From assembly GCA_951406725.2 (NCBI GenBank), contig OX597842.1, positions 24,552,001 to 24,616,000 on the forward strand: a stretch of DNA of 64,000 bases. Direction: 5' to 3'. The stretch comes from Octopus vulgaris (taxonomy: Eukaryota). The notes under the pieces were generated by a model, which worked only from the letters and a program-made list of their open reading frames with translations, was not told the origin of the DNA and did not search any database. Below, piece by piece: positions 11,580-25,077 of the stretch; the stretch's first letter is position 1, and each line of letters begins with the position of its first letter. Position numbers and translations under genes: made by a program.

Positions 11580-13190
11580 ATAAATAGTAACGATCTGAGT
11601 GAGTTTGCGGTTCAGAGTCAAGTGAAGTCGGAAGGTGTCGCTTGGTTTACTTCCTAAGGAATATTGAATATTGGTTCGTAAAAGATTTGTTAGTTCATTA
11701 GATTGTTGTTACAATTTTCTGGTTATCTTATTTATTGTACGGAACAATTATGTTACAACATCTGGCGATGAGGGTTTCGAAGCTCTTGCAGGTCAGTTAA
11801 CAAAGTTTTGTGATACAAAATTGTTAAATCATGGAAGACTAATTAGCTTCTTTAAAACTGTTGCAAAATCAACGACAAAGGCAGCAACAACAACAATTAT
11901 TGGAGCTTTATTCAAAGAAGTCCAAAAATGAGGGAAGTACATTTTCGCCAGACGACGTTTTGGACTCGATGAATCCAGTTATAACCCAGAGGACGGTATA
12001 ACTGTTGCATTGTACTACAGCAGGTAATTTTTAAGGAAGATTGTAAGACATGGTCAGACACAGAAAAAGTAAGGTTATTATGACATAAATGAGCCCCATC
12101 TGAGTATGAACATTATTTTAATTTCATATTACCCAAAAAAAAACTCAATGAAATTTGTTTTAAAGAAACAATAGAATTACTGTCTAACATATTTGGTGAT
12201 AAAACTTCTCTAACACTTGGATGGTGTTTTGGAATATAATGAAAAAAGAGGATGGTGATTTTATCACATAGGCAGGAACAATTGACAGAATGTGTGAATA
12301 TTTTTAAACTCAGAGAATTTACACCTGAGATGTTCAGGTGTCTTCTTTTTGTACAAGGCCTTACAACAACTGAATATACAGAAATTCACACTGCAGAACT
12401 AAATTCTGAAGATCAACCATTAAAGATCCTAGAGGGCTCTCAACAGAAACAAAATTCGACTCCCAAATGAGAAAATTTGTACATGTAAAAATGATTGGAA
12501 TACATATTAAACTTCAGTTCGATCCTGGAAGTGATATTTCAATAATAAATATGGATACATGGAAGAAAATAGGGGAACCTATCTATTTTAGATGTTTCAG
12601 GCATTTGACAGTGGCCATGCTGGAGCACCGCCTTTAGTTGAGCAAATAAACCCCAGGACTTATTCTTTGTAAGCCTTGTACTTATTCTATTTTTCTCTTT
12701 TGCCAAACTGCTATGTGACGGGTGTGTAAACACACCAGCATCGGTTGTCAAGCAATGTTGGGGGGACAAACACAGACACACAAGCATACATATATATACA
12801 TACATACATATATAACCAGAAAATTGTAACAACAATCTAATGAACTAACAAATCTTTTACGAACCAATATTCAATATTCCTTAGGAAGTAAACCAAGCGA
12901 CACCTTCCGACTCACAAGACTTTGGTCGACCCGAAGCTATAGTAGAAGACATTGAACCAATGTGCCACATTGTGGTACTGAACCCGGAACCTTATGGTTC
13001 ATAAGCAAGCTACTTACCACACAGCCACTCCTGCGCCTATGTTGAGAAAAACAGCAAAATTTCTTTGTAGCATGACAGGTGACAAATTAAATTTCATAGG
13101 CGAAATGTGGGGATATGTCACATTTCAAGTGAAAGCAAGCAAGGAGAATGTCTTCATCATTAAAAATGTTGATTATCTGTTTGGTACCTT
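11580..13190 (+). mobile_element. Old degenerate Gypsy-like remnant interrupted by SINEs; copies at ~26100-28420(+) and ~55170-57460(-)
   Basis: TATAAATAG, then ...ACAACA followed by PBS-like TGGCGATGAG (11762), and a protease-like LQ(F/L)D.GSDISIINMDTWKKIG.P relic at ~12510-12580. Confidence 0.6.
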
Positions 13191-13348
13191 TTTTTTTCTT
13201 CTTGTTTCAGCTCAGAGCTGTGGCCATGCTGATGCACCACCGTTCTGTGCTACAATGTTATTACGAAGAACTTCCTCTAATATGTGGCACTTGGTGAAGA
13301 ATGGAGTTTGATATAGCTACATACATACATATATATAAGTATATATAT

Positions 13349-13394
<46 letters not shown>

Positions 13395-13619
13395 TTTTTT
13401 TTCTTGCTTCACCTCACAGCTGTGGCCATGCTGATGCACCGCCGTTTTGTGCTACACTGTTATTACGAAGAACCACCCCCAATATGTGGCACTTGGTGAA
13501 GAATGGGGTTTGATATAGCTACTCTCATTTGCACCTCTTGCCGTGAGGTAGGTTCATCTGGGACTCTTGACAGGATGATGTCCAGCTTTGATTTAAAAAC
13601 CACTGCATCTACTTTGTGG

Positions 13620-13890
13620 ATCATCGTCTAGCGTTCGTTTTCCATGCTAGCATGGGTTGGATGGTTCAACTGGGGTCTGGGAAGCCAGAAGGCTGCATCA
13701 GGCCCAGTCTGATCTGGCAGTGTTTCTACGGCTGGATGCCCTTCCTAACGCCAACCACTCAATGAGTGTAGTGTGTGATTTCTATGTGCCACCGGCACCG
13801 GTGCCAGATGAGGCTGGCAAACGTCCATGATCGGATGGTGCTTTTTACGTGCCACCGGTACAAGGAGCCAGAGGAGGCTGGCAAACGGCC
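13620..13890 (-). mobile_element. Interspersed retroposon family 3 with a (GAT)n tail; further copies at ~14380, 14700, 16740-17010, 28860, 29295, 30070, 30395, 32000-32280, 37080-37325, 46900-47145, 51745-52030, 53780, 54180 and 54570
   Basis: Recurrent CATCATCGTTTAACGTCCGYTTTCCATGCTAGCATGGGTTGG...GGATGCCCTTCCTAACGCCAACCAC block. Confidence 0.7.
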
Positions 13891-14959
13891 ATCTAAACAT
13901 TTAATACCTTGTCTTTTGTAAATCAAATAATATCAACAAATTATAAAACAAACGCATAACAAGAAGAAATTTTGCAGAACAGACGTTATTTTAATGAAAT
14001 ATATCTTGTAATCACCTGAAAAGATACATCTACACTGTTGGATACTCATAAAGCAATTCTTCAATATTCCACTCATAAAGGATCAAAGCAAGATATGTTG
14101 AAACAATTGTAGTGATCAATAAATATTCTTGTATCTTCCATTAATTATATCATCATCATCTATTTCTTTGCTGCCCACAAGGGGCTAAACATAGAGGGGA
14201 CAAACAAGGACAGACAAAGGGATTAAGTCGATTACATCGACCCCCAGTGCGAAACTGGTACTTTATTTATCGACCCCAAAAGGATGATAGGCAAAGTCGA
14301 CCTTGGCGGAATTTGAACTCAGAACGTAACGACAGACGAAATACCGCAAAGCATTTCGCCCGGCCTGCTAACGTTTCTGCATCATCATCATCGTTTAATG
14401 TCTGCTTTCCTTGATGGCATGGGTTGGACGGTTTGACCGGGTCTCTGGGAAGCCAGATGGCTGCACCAGGCTCCAGTCTGATCTGGCAGTGTTTCTACAG
14501 CTGGATGCCTTTTTCTCCATGCCAAGCAGGGCCATCTCCCTCACAGGATCTGTCTTTGGGCTTTGCTAAATTTACTGTATGATTTTCAATCCAGATCTTG
14601 CTTCCATACCTGAAATTTGTTCTCTAATTGTGGTAGGGATTCAACAATAAGAACAAGTTCATCAGCTTGGAAGAGATCCCAAAGGCAGACAATCTTAAAC
14701 TCCTTCCTAATGCCAATCACTCCGTGGATGTAGTGGGTGCATTTTACATGCCACCAGCACAGGTGCCAGGCAAGGCTGGCAACGGCTATGATCGGTTGGT
14801 GCTTTTTACCAGCAAGGAAGCCAGTCAAGTTGGTGCTGGCATCAGCCATGTTCGGATGGTGCTTTTTACTTGCCACCGGCACAGGTATCACAACTACAAT
14901 TTCCATTTGATTTGATGTTGATATATATGACTCAATAGGTCTCCTCATATATAAATGTA

Positions 14960-16270
14960 AGTTCCATGGATCAAGGTGTAGAATTGTATCAAGTAGAAGC
15001 ACAAATGATGCTATCTTCCTGGTGAGGCAAAAGCAGAAGTACTTGGTCAAAGATATATCTTTGTATTTGGCTTTTGTTGACATGGAAAAAGCTTTGGACA
15101 GAGTCACCTACTCCATTATTTGGTGAGCAATAGAGAAGCTAGGGAGAGATGAGTGGTTGGTGAGACATGTAAAAGCCATGTATAGGGATGCTGTCAGTAA
15201 GGTAGACGTCACCAATGAGTATAGCGTGAATTTTAGTGTCAAAACAGGAGTCCACCAAGGATCGTTTTTCACCCCACTCTTGTTTATCATAGTCCTGCAA
15301 GCAATAACAGAGGAATTTAAGATTGGCTGTCCTTGGGATCTCTTCCAAGCTGATGACCTTGTTATTATTGCTGAATCCCTACCAAAATTAGAGAACAAAT
15401 TTCGGATCTTTTCCTTTGAACGGCACTTTGTAATATAATGTGTTTATAAAACATCATTTTTTCTTGGCTTTATTGAGAAAATTCTATAGTTTGTAAGATA
15501 TTTCGTCTGAAAATTCGAGTATTTTGGCAATTTTAACCAATCGCTGGAGTCCATTTAGGTAAACATTCCGTGCTGTATGAATATGTCCCTCCTTTAAGAA
15601 ACAGATTGGGTTTATTTACATTTGTGAAGAAAAAAAGATACCCTTACCACACCCCTAACCTTAACTCTAAAATAGATTGAAATGCAATAGATCGATACTA
15701 GGGCCATAATTATGGGTGACATTTTCATTTGACACCGCTAGAAAAAAATCCCACTTTCTGTAGCGGTGTCGTATGAAATTGTCATCCATAATTATGGCCC
15801 TAGTATCGATCTATTGCATTTCAATCTCTTTTAGATTTAGGGTTCGGGGTGGGGGAATGGTATCTATTTTTCTTCACAAATGTAAATAAACCCAATCTGT
15901 TTCTTAAAGGAGGGACATATTCATTAAGCACAGAATGTTATTTACCTAAATGGAGGTCAGCGATTAGTTAAAATTGCCAAAATACTCGAATTTTCAGAGT
16001 AAATATCTTACAAACTATAGAATTTTCTCAATAAAGCCAAGAAAAAATGATGTTTTATAAACACATTCTAATAGTATACGAAGTTTAAAAGTGCTTAGTT
16101 AACTAGAAATTGTGTTGAAAAGCACCGTTCTGGATTGAAAAACTATACAGTAAATTTAGCAAAGACCAAAGACAGATCTTGTCAGAGAGATGGCCCTGCT
16201 CGGCATGTAGAAAAGATGTCAGGAGAAACTCCATGTAGTGTACCCAGTACAAGATATGGACACATATTGT
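14960..16270 (+). mobile_element. RTE-like LINE reverse-transcriptase fragment interrupted by a MITE; copies at ~30650-31600(+) and ~52490-53720(-)
   Basis: AFVDMEKA(F)DR, GVHQGS..TPLLFIIVL, LFQADDL motifs. Confidence 0.8.
15404..16130. mobile_element. Fold-back (head-to-head dimer) MITE, right end truncated
   Basis: Arms ~15404-15740 and ~15760-16130 are inverted copies; same insertion site as the complete copy at 52650. Confidence 0.85.
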
Positions 16271-17327
16271 TCATTAGATTATAGGCTGCGGATCATGGGA
16301 TAGCCTAAGCATGTCCAGCAGAGAACAACTGATCATCGTTGGGAACTGAAATGTGATACAATGGTGTCAAAATAATATATACACAAGAAAACAGCAAATT
16401 AATGTAATTAAAATTGTTTGAATGAAAACCACACACATTATAATTAATGAGTTGATGCAAATGAGGAAAATGTAAAAAATTTATTTGTCTGAAAAAAAGT
16501 AATACAATTGCTGTATTTTATTCCCCATTTTATCACTGGTATTGTTATTGATCAATATCAATAAATACAGGTTTAGTTAAATTACATTAAGAGAATGATT
16601 TTGCACAGATAACACAGCAAGATGTCTTCTCTCCTGTATGAATGCATTTAAAATTAGTTAAACAACATAATCCTAAGAGAATGATTTACTACAGATATCA
16701 AAACCAAAAATCAAAATCATAATCGATCAACATCAATGGAATTTGTAGCTGTGATACCAGTGCCAGTGGCACATAAGTGAACCATCCGAACGTGGCCGTT
16801 TGCCAGCCTCGTCTGGCACCTTTGCCGGTGGCATGTAAAAGCACCCACTACAATCACGGAGTGGTTGGCGTTAGGAAGGGCATCCAGCTGTAGAAACACT
16901 CCCAGATCAGACTGGAGCCTGGCACAGCCTTCTGGCTTCCCAGACCCCAGTTGAACCATCCAACCCATGCTAGCATGGAAAGCAGACGCTAAACGATGAT
17001 GATGATGATGATCACAGTGATACAATATCTGCCCAATCTAAGTGGATTGGTGACAAAAATATTTTCTTACGCAGAATGATTTACTGCAGATATTACAGTG
17101 CTATGATGTCTCTCCTGTATGAATGTATTTGTAATTAGTTAAATATTGTTCCACAGAGAATGATTTATCACACCTCTTACAGTGAAAGGGCTTCTCTCTT
17201 GTATAAATACATTTATGAGTATATATAGCACATTGCTGAGATATAGTTTGTCTCCTTTATGAGTGGACTTATGATTACTCAAATATTTTCTTACACAGAA
17301 TGATTTACTGCAGATATCACAGTGCTA

Positions 17328-18546
17328 TTATTTCTCTCTTGTATGAATGTATTTGTGTCTATTAAAGTTACTTTTACGAGAGAATGATTTACCACAGATA
17401 TCACAGTGATATTGTTTCTCTCCTGTATGAATGTATTTGTGTCTAGTAAGGTTACTTTTTCCAGTGAATGATTTACCACATATATCACACTGATATGGCC
17501 TCTCATCAGTGTGAGTACGTTCATGAGCAGTTGAATAACTTCTTAATACAAAGGATTTATCACAGATATTGCAGTGATATGGTTTCTCTCCTGTATGAAT
17601 GGATTTGTGAGAAGTAAGGTTACCTTTTTGAGAGAATGATTTACCACAAATATCGCAGTGATATGGCTTCTCACCTGTATGTGTATATTTGTGAGTAGTT
17701 AAATGACTTTTTAATGGAAAGGATTTATCACAGATATTGCAGTGATATGGTTTCTCTCCTGTATGAATGTGTTTGTGTGTAGTAAGGTTACTGTTATGAG
17801 AGAATGATTTACCACAAATATCACAGTGATATGGTTTCTCTCCTGTATGAATGTATTTGTGATGAGTAAGATGATCTTTCATAGAGAATGATTTACCACA
17901 GATATCACAGTGATATGGTTTCTCTCCTGTATGAGTGTATTTGTGAGAAATAAGGCTACCTTTTCGAGAGAATGATTTACCACAAATTTCGCAGTGATAT
18001 GGGCTTTTCATGAGTATGGAAACGTTTGTGTCTAGTTAAATCACTCCTTAGTGAAAAGGATTTATCACAGATATCGCATTGATATGGTTTCTCTCCTGTA
18101 TGAATGTATTTGTGAGTTTTAAGGTGACTTTTTTGAGAGAATGATTTACCACAAGCATCACAGTGATGTTGTTTCTCTCCTGTATGAATGTATTTGTGAC
18201 AAATTAGGCCAGTCTTTTGAGAGAATGATTTACCACAGATATCACAGTGATACGGTTTCTCTCCTGTGTGAATGTATTTGTGACAAGTAAGGCTACCTTT
18301 TTGAGAGAATGATTTACCACAAATTTCGCAGTGATATGGTTTCTCTCCTGTATGAATGTATTTGTGATGAGTAAGATGATCTTTCTGAGAGAATGACCTG
18401 CCACAGATATCACAGCGATATTGCTTTCCACTTGGTTCAATACACTTGTGAACAGTGAGATTTGCTGTATTAGAAAAAGTCTTTTTACAGATATCACATT
18501 GGTCTGATAATCTTTCTCTTTCTCTTGTCATCTCCGGCGGATTCAT
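17328..18546 (-). pseudogene. C2H2 zinc-finger gene B1, 14 fingers, one frameshift at ~18005 (real lesion or assembly error)
   Basis: ORFs 17977-18678 and 17328-18011 form one continuous finger array; conserved ATG (MNPPEM) at 18546; degenerate tail to ~16560. Confidence 0.85.
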
Positions 18547-19765
18547 TATTCTTCTGCAGTATGCAACACCAAAATATATTTTTCTTTTCTTCTTTATAAA
18601 TGTCTTTGTAGATTCAAATACTTCTACTGCTATATTTACAGCAAATCTGATCTTCTCGAATATCTGAAGATAATACAAAGACCTACACAGATTTTTCCAA
18701 ATTCAAACAGAATGTAAAATACTGGCAATGAAGAAAACAAACGTTCGTATTAATTCCAAAGAAATATTTCACAGTTATTCACCATAGATTTGTAATAGAA
18801 ACAGGGTTATATATATTATTTATAATATCTTCCATTAGTCTTCAAAGGATGATCAAAGTTCATGATGTATCTGATGTAAAAACTCCTTTATACCACTAAC
18901 ATCTCATATTCTGAAATGACACAGAAACAGTAGAAGATATAGGAAAGACTTGAAAAGCAGAGATTCAACTATAAAAAATATTACTACATTTTCATAATAA
19001 TAAACTGTTTATAAACCTTAACCCGAATAATTAGTCTCTATACACAGACTTTTGTTCCTTTGCCTTCAGATATTATGTAAAATGTTAAACTACAAAATAT
19101 TGGACAATAACTTCCTACTATCTCCAGAAATGTGATAAGTCACTGTTGTTTAGCCCGGAATCATCCCTGGCTGATCAGGTCTATTAATGAAATTAGGTTG
19201 TGTTCACGACTTTTAAAATAATAATAACGAAATTACTGTATACAGTGCTCAGGTGCACCACAACTTGTCAAAAGTGCGTATAAATTATATACAGTAATGT
19301 ACAAATGTATGGGAAGTGAACAGTGTATGAGTCAGATAGATGCTTGCGTGTGTATGGAGGGGAGAAAATCAGGTGTAGTGGCGAATCTCAGGAAGCATGG
19401 AAAGAAGCCCGTCGTATATATGTGTACATGTATGTTTGTGTGTGTGTTTGTGTGTCTGTGTTTGTCACCCTAACATCGCTGGACAACAGATGCTGGTGTG
19501 TTTACGTCCCCGTAACTTAGCGGTTCGGCTAAAGGGACCGAATAGAATAAATCCTGGGGTCGATTTGCTCGAACGAAAGGTGGTGCTCTAGCATGACCAC
19601 AGTCAAATGACTGAAACAAGTACTAGAGATAATTATTAAAGCCAATCATTTTGACAAAATAAACAGCAAATAGTGATACGTAGCAAGTTATACCTCTATA
19701 ATAAAGCGACAGACAGCTTCGAATGGACACAAGTAACAAATGGAATATCTACTGTAATAAAAGAA

Positions 19766-20080
19766 GGCGATCTTACGGTATAAGTACCGGTGTACTTCCG
19801 GAAGTACCAGATACATTTAAAAAAAGTGGGTTTTTTCATATATGGGGCGTTAGGGTTAGGTTTAAAGTTAGGGTATGTGGCGATCCTTCGGTATATGTAC
19901 ACACGTGATTTTGTTTACATCTCTGAAGATATGAGTTCCAGCGTTGGTGCCCCAGCATGGCCGCGGCCTTCGGGCTAAAACATTTTTAATGATTTATAAC
20001 AGAAACCCTGACCCCAAACCCCATATATAAAAAAACCCACTTTTTTTTAATGTATCCGGTACTTATATCGTAACATCGCC
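19766..20080. mobile_element. MITE with GGCGATC termini; relatives at ~40493-40650, 43081-43233 and 62464-62616
   Basis: GGCGATCTTACG ... CGTAACATCGCC; imperfect 8-bp flanks TAAAAGAA/TAAAAACA; empty site visible at ~22510-22545. Confidence 0.7.
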
Positions 20081-20285
20081 TAAAAACATTAAAAAATTGG
20101 TGCTTTTTCATCGACATACCAAGTAAAAATTAAGATTAGATTTTCTTGGCATTATTCAAGAAGTTTAACGGAGAATGGAATTAATATCGAAATCAGATTA
20201 GCAACATTCAAAACTTTCACAATTGTCTGGAGTTTCCAATTAACCAGGGTCATCGGATTTTACCACAAACAAAACATGTATTGTA

Positions 20286-20420
20286 TCTTACCTGTGATGA
20301 TAAATAAATTAGTGTTTAATATGAATTAACGTTAATTACGGAAAGCATCGATCTGGCGGGAAATATAATTTAAAGGCACATTAGAAAAACCGACACGGAA
20401 CGTCAACGAAACGAACTAAA
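20286..20420 (-). promoter_or_regulatory. Putative first exon of ZNF B1
   Basis: Minus strand TTAGTTCGTTTCGTTGAC ... CAG|GTAAGA (exon ends at 20292). Confidence 0.55.
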
Positions 20421-21566
20421 CTCTGAATATTGTATCCGTCCTATTACTACGCATTTGTCGGATGCTAAAACTGAAGTGGTAAATTTTTAATGGTTTTTAT
20501 TGCTATAATTACGTTTACGAAATGTGAATTATAATGAAAAAACCCCGAATAATGGCAAAAAATACAAAAGTATATGCTGACTACTTATTTTCAGGTTTTT
20601 TGCTACTCTTACGATCTCCTCTTTAAACCTGTAGTGTCGTTCTTCGTTTATTTCTTTTTAAGGTTAAGGTGAGAAACCCGTGGGTTGTTTTCTAACCAAT
20701 ACCCAAGAAATTATGTAAAGCTGACTCGCAAAGTCTTATTCAATATTATTTTCATTAAATCCAAATTCAATCGTTTAAAGAATGTTAGAAATAAAAACGG
20801 GAGAGACCTCCCTTAGTTCTATTTATTTATTTTCAACTAGTTTCAGCTCACAAGCTGTGGCCATGCTGGGGCACCGCCATTTGTTTTAAGAAGGCGTGTG
20901 ATAAAAGGCATTTTCCTGATTCTTTTTCTGCTAAGAGTTTGCTTGATGAGAAGGACAAGTATGTAATGTGTAGTGTGATGGATGAAGAGGACAACAGAAG
21001 GAGAAGCAACGGGAGGAAGAAATACAAAAGGCCTTACCTCGGCGAAGATCCGAGGTCTCTTACGAATTTGACACGTCCTGTCGCTTCCTCGTCTCTGCTC
21101 GAACTGTCCCTTCGTCGATGACCACACGTGCGTCCTGCTTGACCTCTTCCGCCTCCTGCGACGCATGGGTTAGGCTTACACCGTAAACGGGTGGTGTGCG
21201 TATTCTTTACCCCCGCCCTCTTCCATTGCACAACTAAGTTACTGGAATATAAACAAACCAACAATGGTTTTCGAACACTGATGCCTGCATGTTTCCCCCT
21301 ATCCTCATCCAACATCACTCTGATAAGCTGTATTCGTTTCTTTCCGTCCCTGTAACTTACGGGTTCGACGACAGAACAGCGTAAAAGTAGCAATCGACTG
21401 GAAAATAAGCTTTAGTTTTGTATCTTTTGCCATCATTTGGATTTTTTCTTACAATTCAAAATTTTAAATAGTAATTATAGCAATAATAAAACATAAAAAA
21501 TTTACCAACTCAGTTTTATCATCCGACAAATGTGTAGTAATACGCGGCATACGACATCAGGATATT

Positions 21567-21700
21567 TTAGTTCGTTTCGTTGAGTTTCCATGCCGACTTT
21601 TATAGTGTGTTTAAACTATATTCCCGTTAATTGCTCTTTCGTGTAATTCACATTAATCTAATTATCGTAACATATGATCTATTTATCAAAACAGGTAAGA
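21567..21700 (+). promoter_or_regulatory. Putative first exon of ZNF A2, divergent from B1
   Basis: TTAGTTCGTTTCGTTGAG ... CAG|GTAAGA (21694/21695). Confidence 0.5.
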
Positions 21701-21810
21701 TGTAATATATATTTTATTTTTTAGCAGAAGCCGATTAACCTGGCTAATTCGAAACTCCAAACAAAAGTAAAAAGTTTTAAAAGTTGCTAGTTTGACATCG
21801 ATGTTAATTG

Positions 21811-21930
21811 GGTTAAACTAAAGGAAGTTTAGAAGCCATCCATGGCTAACCACTTTGGGTTGTTTTACACCTATTACACACATTGTTTTTGTTTTTTTTT
21901 CTTTGAATGGTGTAACGCTTTAGTTTAACC
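21811..21930. mobile_element. 120-bp MITE; a second, inverted end of the same family starts at 22618
   Basis: TIR GGTTAAACTAAAG ... CTTTAGTTTAACC. Confidence 0.7.
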
Positions 21931-22659
21931 CCTCCACCTTCAGATATTATGGAAAATGTTAAACTACAAAACGGTGGACAATAATATTCTACTATCTTCA
22001 GAAACGTGGCAACTCACTGTTGTTTAGTTCAAGGTCACCCCTAACTGAGCAGACCTCTTAATGAAATTCGCTTGTGTTCCCGACTGTCCTGACTTTTAGA
22101 ATACGTCAAACATAAACACAACTATAATTTAAACACCAACCCACCACGACTTTTCCTTCTGTAACCTTATTAATAATGTAAATCTTTTAAAGAAATTCTG
22201 CATTCACATGTGTTGAAGGTCTGGATCATAAATACGTTTGTGTATTCGTTTCTTTTCAAGTTTAAGCCATTTGCTGATTCTGTCTACGAAAAGGTGTATC
22301 TTGTTTTATCATCGCGGTACCACTGGCCTCATGTTGCAGTCAGCTATTTCTGTTTTATTAGATTGCAGATTATTCACAGGAGCAAAAATCAGACATAATT
22401 AACGTGGATTATTTCGACAGGAACAGCAAATATAGATGTTTAGCAAATAATACCTCTATGATAAATCAATCGACGGCTTTGAATCGACACAGTCAGCAAA
22501 TGGAATATCTACTGTAATAAAAAAAGCTAAAAATTTGGTGCTTTTTCATGGCCATGCCAAGTAAAATCCAAATTTTCTTGGCTTAATTAAAGACATTTAT
22601 TGGCGAATAGAATTAACGGTTAAACTAAAGCGTTACACCATTCAAAGAAACAAAAAAAA

Positions 22660-22945
22660 TATGAACGAATATGACAAAAAAAAATGCGCACTCGCGAAAG
22701 AGGGGTGGGGGAGAGGCCTCGGAAATTTACATCGGGAATTTCCGAAAGCGTCTGACCCGGGCACAAAAACAAAAATAGCGTAATAGGTGTAAAACAACTT
22801 GCTCTAAACGAATATGATAAAAAAAAATGCGCGCTCGCGAAAGGGGGTGGGGGAGAGACTTCGGAAATTTCACATCTTCAGTCCACGGCCTTTAAACTAA
22901 GAAAAAATAGTGTAATTGGTGTAAAACTACTTGTTCTAAACGAGT
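22660..22945. repeat. ~140-bp tandem repeat, about two copies
   Basis: AACGAATATGAYAAAAAAAAATGCGCRCTCGCGAAAG(A)GGGGTGGGG(G)AGAG at ~22664 and ~22807. Confidence 0.7.
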
Positions 22946-24132
22946 ATCAAGAACACACACTCACACATGAATCATAAACTCCGTATTTTTGTACATATTT
23001 CGCAAAAAAAAAAAAAAGGAAGAAATTCTGGAAAAAGTGAAGAAATGTCGGATCTCCGCTATATGAATCAAAATACGTGTCAGAAACATCTTGAAATACT
23101 ACAGAAATTATGTTACGAAAATGATAATGTATACATACCTCTTTGAGTGGTCCATCGACATTGATGATAAAGAAATGAGATGGGTTGGAGGAAAAAATTA
23201 TCTCGGGCCAGGATAAAGACTTGCTGCTGCCAATAAGAATACGTGTATTCTCTTGGCAGCAGGTTTGATGCTTTCCATAAATAGGAACTTGGAGAGGTAT
23301 TGCTTTAAGTAACAGGCACGAATGCCTGGGCGAACAACTGATCTCTTAACTGACCCCACAATCTCTCTATCTTCTGTATGTGCACCGACGCATTTGTCGG
23401 ATCAACAAAATTTTCACTGTGGTTGATGCCTTATAACTTAACACACTCATCGGTAAAATTTTGCAGTTATTTCTTACTTATTTCCTTTTTTCCTAAAATT
23501 TTCGTTGCGTCTTGCAACCTTTTCAATAGTTTTGACTCTGTCCGTTATTTACACTGCTTTTCCTTTTGTTTGTTTGGGTGCATTGAAACTAAACTAGAGA
23601 AAGTATTAGATTTATGACTCAGGTCATTATAGACGAAAGTAATGTCTTGTGTCATGAGTATCATTTTAAAGTGTAATTTATTCGGGTAAAAGTTTATATC
23701 CACAGTTTATCATTATGAAAATGTAGTTATAATTTTTATTGTTAAACCTTTGCTTTTTAAAGTCTTATATCTTCTACTGTTTCTGTGTCATTTCAGATAC
23801 TCGTATAAAGGAGTTTTACGTGAGATACATCATGAATATTGATCATGTTTTAAAAACGAATGTCAGCCGTTATAAATAATAGATAATAACTCTGTTTATA
23901 TAATATATCTCTGGTGAATAACGGTGAAATATTTCTTCTGAATTGATAGCAACAATTGTTTTCCTCATTGCCAGGAATATTTACAAAAGTATTTTGCATT
24001 GTGTTTGAACGTGAGAAAATCTGGAAAGGTGTTTGTATCATTTTCAGATATTCAAGATCAGATTTGCTGTAGAAGATATATATAAAGAAGAAGGGGAAAA
24101 TATATTTTCTGTCTGTATACTACAGAACAATA

Positions 24133-25077
<945 letters not shown>

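Noticed and set aside
19845-19876. TTAGGG/TAACCC motifs as interstitial telomere
   Set aside because: Only two or three degenerate units, all inside MITEs
23130-23426. Possible retroelement relic with a small hairpin next to the left-arm boundary
   Set aside because: Too degenerate to classify or to link to the breakpoint
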